Assembly (NCBI GenBank): GCA_046590985.1
Contig: JBKJVH010000121.1
Coordinates: 8,148 to 72,147 of the forward strand
Direction of reading: 5' to 3'
DNA from: Mycobacteriales bacterium
Lineage (GTDB): Bacteria; Actinomycetota; Actinomycetes; Mycobacteriales; SCTD01
DNA: 64,000 nucleotides
Shown: positions 25,310-36,800 of the stretch, piece by piece
Numbering within the stretch: the stretch's first letter is position 1
How the letters are laid out: every line of letters begins with the position of its first letter
The notes under the pieces: generated by a model
Told to the model about the DNA's origin: nothing
The model's database searches: none
The model's input: the letters and a program-made list of their open reading frames with translations, nothing else
Made by a program: the position numbers and the translations under genes

Positions 25310-26467
25310 ATGCTCACCGCTTACTCCCTGCCCGAAGAGCACCTGGCCCTGCGCGACACCGTGCGCCAGCTGGTCGCCGACAAGATCACGCCGTACGCCG
25401 CGGCGGTGGACGAGCGCGCGACCTTCCCCCAGGAGGCGTACGACGCCTTGCTGGCTGCCGACCTGCATGCGGTGCACGTGCCGGAGGCGTACGGGGGAAA
25501 TGGCGCGGACGCGCTCGCGACCTGCCTGCTCATCGAGGAGGTGGCCCGCGGCTGCGCCTCCTCGAGCCTGATCCCCGCGGTCAACAAGCTCGGCTCGCTG
25601 CCCCTGCTGCTGGTCGGCACGGAGCAGCAGAAGCAGCACTGGCTCGGTCCGCTGGCTCGCGGGGAGGCGCTGTTCTGCTACGCGCTGTCCGAGCGGGAGG
25701 CCGGTTCGGACGTCGCGTCGATGAAGACCCGCGCGGTACTGGACGGTGACACCTGGGTGCTCAACGGCGTGAAGTGCTGGATCACCAACGCGGGTAAGGG
25801 CGACTCCTACACGGTGTTCGCGGTGACCGACCCGGAAGCCAAGCGGGGCCAGCACATCAGTGCGTTCCTGGTCGCCAAGACCGACCCGGGCGTCTCGTTC
25901 AGCAGTGGGGAGAAGAAGCTCGGGATCAAGGGCAGCCCGACGCGGGAGGTCATCCTGGACAACGTGCGGCTGCCGGCCGACCGGCTGCTCGGTGCCCGCG
26001 GCGAAGGCATGTCGCTCGCAATGCGAACGCTCGACCACAGCCGCGTCACGATCGCTGCTCAGGCGATAGGGATCGCCCAGGGGGCCCTGGATCTCGCGGC
26101 CTCCTACGTGAAGGAGCGCCACCAGTTCGGCAAGGCGATCGCGGACTTCCAGGGCATCCAGTTCATGCTCGCCGACATGGCCATGACGCTCGAGGCCGCC
26201 CGCCAGCTCACCTACTGCGCGGCCGCCAAGTCCGAGCGGGGCGAGCCAGACCTGACGTATTTCTCGGCGGCAGCGAAGTGCTTCGCGAGCGACACCGCCA
26301 TGGCCGTGACCGTCGACGCGGTCCAGCTGCTCGGTGGTTATGGCTACACCCGGGACTTCCCTGCCGAGCGCCTGATGCGTGACGCCAAGATCACTCAGAT
26401 CTACGAGGGGACCAACCAGGTCCAGCGCATCGTGCTGGCCCGTGAGCTTTTGAAGGCAACCCGTTGA
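25310..26467 (+). CDS. Acyl-CoA dehydrogenase (short or branched-chain type)
   Basis: ATG 25310 (MLTAYSLPEEHLALRD...). Contains YALSEREAGSD and the C-terminal KITQIYEGTNQVQR. 385 aa. Confidence 0.9.
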   Translation: MLTAYSLPEEHLALRDTVRQLVADKITPYAAAVDERATFPQEAYDALLAADLHAVHVPEAYGGNGADALATCLLIEEVARGCASSSLIPAVNKLGSLPLLLVGTEQQKQHWLGPLARGEALFCYALSEREAGSDVASMKTRAVLDGDTWVLNGVKCWITNAGKGDSYTVFAVTDPEAKRGQHISAFLVAKTDPGVSFSSGEKKLGIKGSPTREVILDNVRLPADRLLGARGEGMSLAMRTLDHSRVTIAAQAIGIAQGALDLAASYVKERHQFGKAIADFQGIQFMLADMAMTLEAARQLTYCAAAKSERGEPDLTYFSAAAKCFASDTAMAVTVDAVQLLGGYGYTRDFPAERLMRDAKITQIYEGTNQVQRIVLARELLKATR

Positions 26468-27324
26468 GCTTCGACAAAGTAGGCGTGATCGGTGGCGGCA
26501 CGATGGGTGCGGGCATCGCGGAGGTGTCGGCCAAAGCCGGTTGTGACGTCATCGTGCTGGAGGTGTCCGAGCCGGCCATCGATGCGGGACGCAAGCGCGT
26601 CGAGAGCTCGCTCGGCAGGGCGTTGCGCAGCGGCCGGCTCGAGGAGGCGGAGCACGACGCGATCGTCGGCCGGATCCGCTACGTCACCGACTACGCCGAC
26701 CTCGCGGACCGCGACCTGGTCATCGAAGCCGCGCCGGAGATCGAAGAGCTGAAGTTCACCATCTTCCGCACCCTCGACGAGGCCGTGCAGAAGTCTGCGG
26801 TGCTGGCCTCGAACACCTCCTCCATCCCGCTGGTGAAGATGGCGGCCGTGACCAAGCGCCCGGCGCAGGTCGTGGGCGTGCACTTCTTCAACCCGGTGCC
26901 GGTGCTGCCGCTGGTGGAGATCGTCGAGTCGCTGCTGACGAGCCAGGAGACGCTGCTGGCCGTCACCGAGTTCGCCGAGAAGTCCCTGGGCAAGCAGACC
27001 ATTCGCTCCAAGGACCGGGCCGGTTTCGTGGTGAACGCGCTGCTCATCCCCTACCTGCTGTCGGCGATCCGGATGCTCGAGTCGGGCTTCGCGTCCGCTG
27101 TCGACATCGACCAGGGCATGGTCAAGGGCTGCGCTCACCCCATGGGTCCTCTGGCGCTGGCCGACCTGATCGGCCTGGATACCTGCGCCGCGGTGGCGCA
27201 GTCGATGTACGCCGAGTTCAAGGAGCCGCTGTTCGCACCGCCGCCCCTGCTGCTCCGCATGTGCGAGGCAGGGCTGCTCGGCCGCAAGGGCGGCCAGGGG
27301 TTCTTTTCGTATGCCTCGTCTTGA
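26464..27324 (+). CDS. 3-hydroxybutyryl-CoA (3-hydroxyacyl-CoA) dehydrogenase
   Basis: VGVIGGGTMGAGIAEV Rossmann fold, NTSSIP, and HFFNPVPVLPLVE. 4-nt overlap with the acyl-CoA dehydrogenase stop. Confidence 0.9.
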   Translation: MSFDKVGVIGGGTMGAGIAEVSAKAGCDVIVLEVSEPAIDAGRKRVESSLGRALRSGRLEEAEHDAIVGRIRYVTDYADLADRDLVIEAAPEIEELKFTIFRTLDEAVQKSAVLASNTSSIPLVKMAAVTKRPAQVVGVHFFNPVPVLPLVEIVESLLTSQETLLAVTEFAEKSLGKQTIRSKDRAGFVVNALLIPYLLSAIRMLESGFASAVDIDQGMVKGCAHPMGPLALADLIGLDTCAAVAQSMYAEFKEPLFAPPPLLLRMCEAGLLGRKGGQGFFSYASS

Positions 27325-27715
27325 CGATCTGGAACCTGCTCATCAACGGCGTGTCGTACGCGGACCTGCGGGGCAAATACGTCACCCGGCTCCACCCCCT
27401 CAAAGCGGCTGGGTGAAGGGAACCTTCCAGGAGTAGAGCCAAACGCCAGGCAGTCCCTGCCGCCGCTACGCGGCGCTTTCCCGCGCGCAGCGGTGACGGC
27501 ACGTCGGCGTGTCGGGCGCCGCGTGCAGAAGGTTCGAGTGTCTTCATACACATTCGGTCGCGCCGTCGAACGGAATTTCCCGGATTCCGGTGCTCCAGGG
27601 CTAGCGGCTTCACAGCTCTTGGGCCAGAGTGTGCTCGTTTTCGACCCGTGCCTGGGTGAAGACCCGAACATCCATCGCTTCTTTGGTGACGTCGTCACAA
27701 AAGTCAGGGGTTCGC

Positions 27716-27859
27716 ATGCCCACGACAGCGCTCGCTCCAGGTCGCACCCGGTCGCGGCGAACCAGCCGACGTAGGGCGATCACCGTCACCTTCGCAGTGG
27801 TGGCCTCGCTGGTGCTCAGCACGCTGCCAGGGGGCCCCGGCCTGCGGATCGCGAACGCG
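27716..27859 (+). other. N-terminal signal peptide of the giant protein
   Basis: MPTTALAPGRTRSRRTSRRRAITVTFAVVASLVLSTLPGGPGLRIANA|AG. It has an Arg-rich n-region, a hydrophobic core and an A-x-A site. The SRRRAIT stretch is only weakly Tat-like. Confidence 0.6.
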
Positions 27860-30800
27860 GCCGGCGACCTGACGAGCGTGAGTGACGTGCCCTCGACGAC
27901 GCCGGCCAACCTCGGTGCCCTGGACCTCACCAGCCTGCAGTACGGCGACCCCACGGACGGCGTCGACCTGGTGCAGCCGCCTGAGCCCGACGCCACCGGG
28001 GCGGCGAGCCTCGGCTACGACCTCGTGCTCCCCCCGGGCAGGGGCGGGGTCGCGCCCGACCTGACCCTCGGCTACACCTCAGGCGACGACACCAGCTGGC
28101 TCGGTACCGGTTGGGACCTCTCAGTCGGAGCGATCTCGGTGGACGCCGCGTTCGGGGCCCCGCGCTACCTCGCCACGCAGGAGTCCGAGACCTACCAACT
28201 CGACGGTGACCGGCTCTTCCCCAACGCGATCCGGAGCAACCTGGTCGCGAGGACCGGCTCGGTCAAGGCGAACTTCGTCCGGACGGTCGATACCGCCCAC
28301 GAGCAGATCATCAGGTACGGGGCGACCCCCTCGACCTACTGCTGGCAGGTGCGGGACACCAAAGGCAACGAGCGCTGGTACGGCGGGGAGCCCGGCGCCA
28401 CCAGCGGCACCTGCACCCGGCACGACGACGCGGTGCTCACGGCGCCCGCCACCGGTGTGGACGGCGGCGTCGCGGGTGACTACTACTGGGGCCTGGCGTT
28501 CACCACCGACATCAGTGGCAACACCGTCCGGTACAGCTACGAGAAGATCACCGGCGTCGGGTTCGGTCAGAAGGCGCAGGCGAACTTCGGGGTGTCGCTC
28601 TACCTGTCCTCGATCGTGTACTCCGGCTTCCGGTTCGACACCGCTCCGGACCACCCGGCCTACCGGGTCCGGTTCCTGCGTGACGCCGGCGTGTCGCCGA
28701 TCCCGGCGGCGCGTCGCGACGTGGCCGTCGACGCCAGCTCCGGTCAGCCGGTCGTCACGCGGGACCTGCTGCGTCGGGTCGAGGTCGAGTACCTCAGCCC
28801 CCAGCACTACGCGACCGGGGCGGTCCCGACCTTCGTCAAGGGCTGGAACCTCGGCTACACCAACGGACCGTTCGACAAGGCACTCCTCACCTCGGTCGGC
28901 CAGGTCGGTGCCGACGGCGTCGAGCTCGCCCACCACACGTTCAGCTGGTATGACGACGTGCGCGACAGCGCGGGCCGGTACGCCGGCTTCGGTGCGACCG
29001 AGCAGTGGGGTCCCGGTGCCCCGGGGAACACCGCGAACATCGCCGCGACCAGCGCGCTCGGGACCTCCTACCGGGGTGGCGCCGACGGGGGTGCCTACAT
29101 CGGCTTCAACCCGCTGATCGCGTCCAAGATCGGTTCGCTCGGCGGTTCGTTCAACATCGGCGGCGGCCAGACCAACGAGGAGTCCACGCTGGTCGACCTG
29201 GATGGTGACGGCCTGCCGGACAAGGTGTTCCTCGAGGGATCGACGGTGTACTACCAGCGCAACCTCCGCCGACCGGGGACCACCGATGCCGACAAGTCAG
29301 CCGGCAGCTGGTTCGCACCGAAGCAGTCGTTGACCGGCATCGACAGCCTGGGGCGTTCCAGCGACCTGAAGATCCAGTTGCACTTCGAGGCCTATCCGGT
29401 GGTCGCGATCCAGGTCGGTGGTGGTTTCGGGTTCTCCTTCGGCGACCGCTACTTCGCCGACGTCAACGCCGACGGCCGGGTCGACTTCGTCAAGCCGGGC
29501 TCCCAGGGCGCCCACACCGTCTACTACAACGTGCTCGGCAACGACGGAGTGCCGCGATTCGTCGACTCCACCTACGCTGACACCCTCGAGGTGCCCCTCG
29601 ACGCGTTCGTCCCGAGCGCCACGCAGACCCTGCCGCCCGACATCGAGAAGCTGCTCACCGACAACAGCCCCCGGGTCGACACGGTCCGACGCTGGGTGGC
29701 CCCCTTCGACGGCGACGTGCGCGTCACCGCACCCGTCTCGCTCACGACCGGAACGTCCTACGCCGGTGACGGGGCCAGGGTCACTGTCGAGCACGACGGC
29801 GCGATCGACTGGTCCGCCACCCTGACGGCGGCCCACCCCTCGGACGACCCCGGGTCACTCGTCCTGCACGGGCTCACGGCCGGTGAGCCGGTGTACTTCC
29901 GCCTCGACGTCATCAACAACGCCTCGGGTGACGAGGTCGCGTGGTCCCCGAGCCTCGCCTACGTCGATGGCACCGGGACCGCGGTGTCGAGCCCGGCGGA
30001 CGCGCAGGGCCGCAGCCAGTCCGTGTTCTCCGCGGCGCAGGACTTCACCCTGTTCGGGCGCCCGCTCGCGCAGACGGCCGTCCCGAACACCACGGGCAGT
30101 CCCTTCCACGCCACCCTGACGGTCACGGTCACCCCGACCGCGCCGTTGACGGACAACCTGACCGTGCTCGCCTACCGGGGCCGCACCGGTGCGTCGCTGC
30201 CGTCGGTGCAGGAGGTCGGCACCACCGTCGTCCCGCAGCGCACCTCCAGCGCGGTCACCGCCAGCTTCGACGTCGTCATCCAGCCTGATCAGGACCTGCT
30301 CGGCCCGGACGGGCTTCGTGGCACCGACGACGACCGGCACGCCCAGGACTGGGTGAGCCTCGCGGTGGTGAGCGACTCGCCCGTCGACACCACGAAGTTC
30401 TCGGTGACAGCCGGGCTCACCGACCCCACGGCGACCGGGACCCCGCTCAGCGCCGACGAGCAGGCGCGGCTCGCGGCCGCCGGTGTGTCCATCCCGGACT
30501 CGTTGCCGGTGATCCCGGGCGTCCGGGTGTTCTCCCGGAGCAGCTCGACCAGCCCCTACACCCCGGTGACCCCGACCCACTCGGGCAGCGCCACCCTCAC
30601 GCTCGGGGTCGACGCGGCCGGCCTGCAGGGCGATCAGGGCAAGTCGTTCCCGGCCGTCGCGACGGTCAAGACGGCTGACGATCAGGGTCGGGTGGGCGTC
30701 GTCGCCCGCAAAACCATGTCCCTCACACAGACCCTCGGCCGCCTGGCGATCGCGGTGCCGCAGAACGACGCGTCGGCCGACAAGGTCTCGTTCACGGCGA

Positions 30801-33800
30801 CGGCCGGCCAGCGGTACTGGCTCGAGCTGAACATCCTCAACTCCTTCGTCGCCGCTCGGGTGGCGCCGACGCTGACCTCCAGCCTGGCAGTGCAGTACAC
30901 GACGACGACCTCGAAGACCGACACCAGCACCGGGGTCGCCCAGGCGAACTGGCCCGACACCGATGGGGTCTTCCCCTCCGGCAACAGGGGCTGGGGGATT
31001 GCCGGCTACAACGCAGACTCCGCGGGTTCGTCCCCGACGCTCCCGATCGACTCCAGCCACTTCGATCTGACCCAGGGTGGGTCTTACGACGAGAACACCA
31101 CCGTCCCGGATGCGGCGAACGCCCCGTCGGTGACCGACGTGACCAGCGGGACCACTGCGGTCATCCCGTCCGCGTTCCCCTACATCCCCTGGGGTCCCTC
31201 CTCGGGTGGCATGGCTGACAGGTGGCGCTCCGGCGGCAAGGACACGCTCTACGGCAACGGCGCCACGATGCAGTCCGACCGGCTCGGCGCCGACGTCCCG
31301 ATTCCGACGGCGGCCCCCACGGGAGGTCGCACCGCACCGCAGATGCTCAACGTCAACGGCGACTTCAACTTCATGGTCGGGTTGGTCGCGTCGTTCACGG
31401 CCGCAGCGGGCGGCGGGCGGGACCTCGCCGACTTCGAGGACTACAACGGCGACGGCTTCCCGGACTACCGGTCAGGGGGGACCGTGGACTACACCGGGCC
31501 CCGCGGTGCCAAGGCAGCCACCCGGAACGTCGGCGAGAACAGCTTCGACCTGTCCCTCGGTCTCGGCGGCGGCCTCGACGGCTCAGCCCTGTCGATCGGC
31601 TCCAAGAAGTCGGCGGGCAAGGCCGGCAGCACGTCGACCAAGACTTCGCGCGGCATGAAGCTCGGCGCCGGGGTATCGGTCAGTGCGGAGTGGACCAACC
31701 CGATCGACGGAGCTAGCGCGGAGATCTCGGACACGAAGTCCGGGTCGGACAAACGCGACATCCAGGGTGCGGTCGCCGACTCCCAGGGCAGCATCCCGAC
31801 CGTCGCCGGCTCCACCGGGACGATCATGGACCGGAGCCTGATCGACCTCAATGGCGACGGGCTTCCCGACCGGGTCGACACCTACTCCTCAGGTGAGCTG
31901 TGGGTCGCCCTGAACCTCGGCTACCGGTTCGCCAACACCCAGATCCAGTGGTCGACGGGCCGGGGGCACTCCGCTAAGTCGCTGAACGGGACCTTGTCGC
32001 TGGGCTTCCAGTTCGACGCGATGGAGTTCGCCGGAGGCGTCTCCTACACCGAGGGTGTCGACTTCACGCTCCTCGACTGGATCGACGTCGACGGCGACGG
32101 CGTCCCGGATCGCATGAACAACGTCGGCGGCGTCAACCCGCAGACGGTGTTCGGGTCCGGCGACGGCATGAAGGGCCGACCCGAGATCACCTACGGCAAC
32201 TACCAGCACGGCAACGTCGCCGTGGACGCCGCCAAGTGGGGCGACCAGTCCGCCGACGGGAACCTTCCCGGCGTGCCGCTGCCCGGCGGACAGCTCGATG
32301 TCGGTCGGACGACGGCGCTGTCCGGAGGCGTGGACTTCAGCTTCTACATCGGCCCGCTCTGCGTGATCGGGATCTGCTACCTGGTGATCAACCCAGGGGT
32401 GCACGGCGGCTACGACCGGACCACCAGTCAGGTGTCCATGGTCGACGTGGACGGCGACGGCTACGTCGACGCGGTCCGCAGCACCGACAGCAAAGACCTG
32501 CAGGTGCGGCTCAACACCCACCGTCGAACCAATCTGCTCAAGTCGGTCGCGAACCCGCTCGGTGGCACGTTCACCCTCGACTACACGCGCACCGGCAACA
32601 CCCGGGCGAACCCTCAGTCGACGTACGCGCTGACGTCGGTGAGCGTGGACGACGGGCACCCCGGTGATGGGGTGAGCGTGATGACCTCGACCTACACCTA
32701 CTCCGGTGGTGTGTTCGACCGGGCACTGCGCCAGGACCTGGGCTTCTCCGCTGTCAGGCAGGACGACCTGGATGCGAACGGCACCGTGCTGCGCAGCTAT
32801 CTGCGGTCCTACGCCAACAGCGATCCGTACAGCGCGGGTCAGCTGACGCAGGAGACGACCCTGGACGGCGCCGGCACGACCGTAGCCCGGGCGACCTACG
32901 CCTACGAACTGGCAGACGCGAACCCACGGGCATCATCGTTCGGGGCCAAGGTGGCCGACGTCCCGGCCACCGGCGCGCAGCTGTCCGAGGTACCGGCGGT
33001 CGGCTCCACCAACCGGGTCACGCTGTTCGACCGCGCGTTGTGGCCGAGGCTGGCGAGCGAGACCGCGACCCGCTTCGACGCAGCAGGGCACCCGCAGGGC
33101 CTGCGGACCGACTACGGCTACGACGCCCTCGGTGACGTCATCTCCGTCAAGGAGTTCAACGAGACCGAGACCCCGTACGACGACGTGCTCACCCGCATCA
33201 CCTACTCCGACTGCTCGGTCCGCTCCGGCGACCGCAGCTACGGCGCTGACAGCAGCTGGGTGTCGGTGGCCCAGTCGGTGCAGCAGTACGGCGGGTTCGA
33301 CGAGGCGGGCGGCCTGCTGCGGCACCGCGAGGCGGGGCCGAACCTCTGCATCAACGCGGCCCCGACCCGGGTCGCCGAGCTGATCGAGCCGGCGTCCGCA
33401 AACGACTGTCATCTCGACCTGTACGCGATCACCGAGATGGGCTTCGACACCCACGGCAGCTACAACACCGTCGCCCGTCCCTCGAACTCGCGTCCGACCA
33501 GCTGCGCCGACTACCCGGCGCCCACTGTGGCCGACGCCAGCTACTCCCCGGTCAACGACTGCTCCGACATCGCGCCGCCCGCGGGCTCGCCCGCGACCCG
33601 GTACTGCGTGCACTACATCTTCGACCCGCACCGCTTCACCGACATCGCGCAGGTGACCGACAACCACGGGCTGACCTCCTCGGCGACCTATGACCCGCTG
33701 AACGGGCTGATCGGCAGCGGCACCGACCAGAACGGCAACCTGACGACGTACGCCTACGACACCATCGGTCGCCGGGCGTCAGTGACCGCACCGAAGGAGC

Positions 33801-36800
33801 AGGGGACCGGGCACCCGACGGTCAGCTACCGCTACGGCGGCCTCCGCACCCAACCCGACGCTGCCGGCATCAGCTTTGCCTGGGCCGTGGCCGACCACAC
33901 CGACGTCGTGCGCCCCAGTGATCCGATCCAGACGGTCGCCTTCGTCGACGGCATCGGGCGCACGGTCCAGCGCAAGAGCGACGCCTCGGTCGCGGGCCGC
34001 GCGGGAGCATCTCGGGTTGTCGAGGGCGCCGTCGACTACGACGCCCTGGGCCGGGAGGCGAACAAGTACTACCCGCTGGTCGAGGCGGGCAGCGCCGCGA
34101 CCCTGACCACGTACAACTCGCTGACCTCGTCCTCACCCACCGCCGACACGAACGTCCCGGTGACCAAGCCCACGGTGCGGACCTTCGACGCGCTCGACCG
34201 GCTGCGCACCACGACCCTGCCGGACGGCACCACGGAGTCGACGGACTACGACCACGCCGTCGTACCCGACCCGACCTTCGCGTACGGACCCTCCTCAGGT
34301 CCGCCCGTCGTCCTCACCCGACAGATCGACACCGACGCGCTCGGGCACCAGACCCGGACCTGGGCCGACGTCGGCGGTGCGGTCTACCGCAACGAGCAGG
34401 CGCCGGCCGCGGCCAGCAACCCGGATGGGACGGCCGGCCCGCTCGCGAGCCTGCCCCCGAGCGGCGTAGCGACCACCGCACGACTGGTGGCCTCGACCTC
34501 CACTCCAGGTCTCATCGTGACCCGCTTCGAGTACAACTACCTCGGTCGTGTCGTGGCCGCGGTCGACCCGGCCGGCGCGAGGACGACCTACTCCTACGAC
34601 CTGCTCGGCGACCTGACGTCGACCAACTCGCCGGACGCCGGCGTGGTGGACAAGCAGTTCGCGCCGGCAGGCAACCTGCTGACGGTGACCCGTTCCGGCG
34701 GCACCGTGGCCGGCTACGGGTACGACCTCGACCGGCTCACGTCGATCGACTACACCGACGCGACCCCGGCAGTCCGCTACTCCTACGGCAACCCCGGCGC
34801 GACCGGCAACTCCGCCGGGCGGGTGAGATCGGTCCATGACGGGGCGATGGACCGCACCTATACCTATGACGCGGACGGCAACGTCGTGACGGAGGCGGCC
34901 ACCGAGGCGGCCGACCCGTTCGGCAAGGGCTCCGGCGGCACGCCGCCGAACGCCACCACCGGCTGGACCTTCGACAGCCTCGGGCGGGTCCTGACCACGA
35001 GCTACCCGTCCAAGGAGGTCCTGACCACTCACTACGACTTGGGCGGCCGGCCGGACAAGTTGGTCTCCGCGATCCCGCAGTCGACGCTCTACGACCAGTA
35101 CGGCACCCCGGTCCCCAGGCCCGACCTGGCCCTGACCTACGTATCGTCGGTGGGTTACGACGAGTTCGGCCAGGGGGCCAGAATCACCACGGGAACCGGG
35201 GTGGTCACCAGCTATGGCTTCGACCCGAAGCGGCGCTTCCTCACCAGCATCGACACCGACTCGACCGTCGCGCTGCAGCAGGACGGCTCGACCTCGGCGG
35301 CAGCCCAGCTGCAGCGGCTGCGCTACACCTACGACTCTGTCGGCAACGTCCGCGACGTGGTCAACAAGCTCTACGACCGCGGGTCCGCCACGTCGGTGTC
35401 CCAGCTCGGGACTCCGCCGGCCAACGGTCTGCCGGGTGCGTCGCAGCAGTCCTACACCTACGACGGCTTCTACCGCGTCACCGGTGCGGTGGGCAGCTAC
35501 ACCGACCGGAACACCCGTCGCAACTACACCTTCGCGGACGACTACTCGGCCAACGGGAACCTGGTGGCCAAGAAGCAGGTCACGACGACGACCCTGACGA
35601 CCGGGACGACCGGGACGAAGAACACGGGCGGCAAGACTGCCACGACGTCTGGTGGAAGTTCGGCGCTGAGCAACTGCAACGCGAACACCAGCTCCGGTGG
35701 CGGGGCCATGAACGACGACAGCCTGGCCTCGTTCGCCATCGCTGCAGGGGACGTCACCTATCGCAAGGACACGGCCGGCCACACGATCCACCAGATGCAG
35801 AAGCTGGCGGCCCGCGACTACACCTACGACGCCAAGGGCAACCTGGCGTCGTGGAGCGAGCCTTGCTCCAAGAGCAAGACCATCGGCCGTCAGATGACCT
35901 GGGACGCCGAGAACCGGCTGGTCCGGATCGCTGAGGGCAACAACGACACGCAGTACCGATACTCGGCCGAGGGGGTGCGCTCGATCGAGCGTGGCCCGGG
36001 CGGGACCTCCTGGTTCGTCAACGACTACTGGCGGATGGTCAACGGCGGGCTTCGCTACGCGAGCATCTATCTCGGTGGACGCCTGATCGCCAGCCACCGC
36101 ACCAGCGGGGACGACATCGCCGCCCCGCCCCCGGCGACGTGCACGGACACGGTCCTCTCGCCGTGCGTCTGCACCTCGGCCTGCTCGGTGCCGGACGCGA
36201 GCTACTGCGTCGGGGATCAGATCTACGACGCGGCGACGTCGACCTGCCAGCCCCGCCCGACCGTGCCCGGCAAGATCTACTTCCTGCACAAGGACCTGCA
36301 GGGCAGCCTCCGAGTCGTCACCGACGAGAAGGCAGGGGTGTTCCAGTACGTGGACTACCTGCCGACGGGCCGACCATGGGTGCTGGGGCAGAGCACGATC
36401 AAGGACACCCCGAACCTGTTCGCCGGGGGCTGGACCGACGCCACCTACGACCTCGTGAACTTCGGTCAGCGCTGGTACGAGACAAGGGAACAGCAGTTCT
36501 ACAGCCCCGAGCCGATGCTCGAGGAGGATCCACTGATCACGGTGGCCAATCCGGACCTGTTGTCGGCGTACACCTACGCCTCGTCGAACCCGCTGAGGTA
36601 CGTGGACACCGACGGCCGGTTCAAGAGCCCTGCCGACGTCGCGTCCAGCTTCGTGTCCTCGTTCTCCGGCCTCGACCGCGGCAAGGGCCAGAACAGGCCC
36701 AAGGCCAAGCTCTGGTTCGCCGGCAAGGCGGGCTTCGAGGAGCTGAAGGACGGCAACAACGGGGCGTTCCCGGACGCCAAGGACAAGGTCGACCGGTACA

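Noticed and set aside
27525-27545. GGTTCGAGTG resembling a tRNA T-loop
   Set aside because: The flanking bases GAAGG and GTCTT cannot form the T-stem, and no acceptor or anticodon arms can be drawn. It is not a tRNA.
27629-27715. Upstream extension of the giant ORF (track start 27629)
   Set aside because: The first 29 codons (MCSFSTRAWVKTRTSIASLVTSSQKSGVR) have atypical low-GC codons and no ribosome-binding site. ATG 27716 has AGGGG upstream and starts a proper signal peptide.
34295-36289. 664-aa minus-strand ORF inside the giant gene (also 28121-28936, 29855-31060, 31889-32659 and 32933-33667)
   Set aside because: All are antisense to a frame with continuous YD/RHS and calcium-loop motifs. 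Their products are Arg/Gly/Val/Asp-rich with no motifs.
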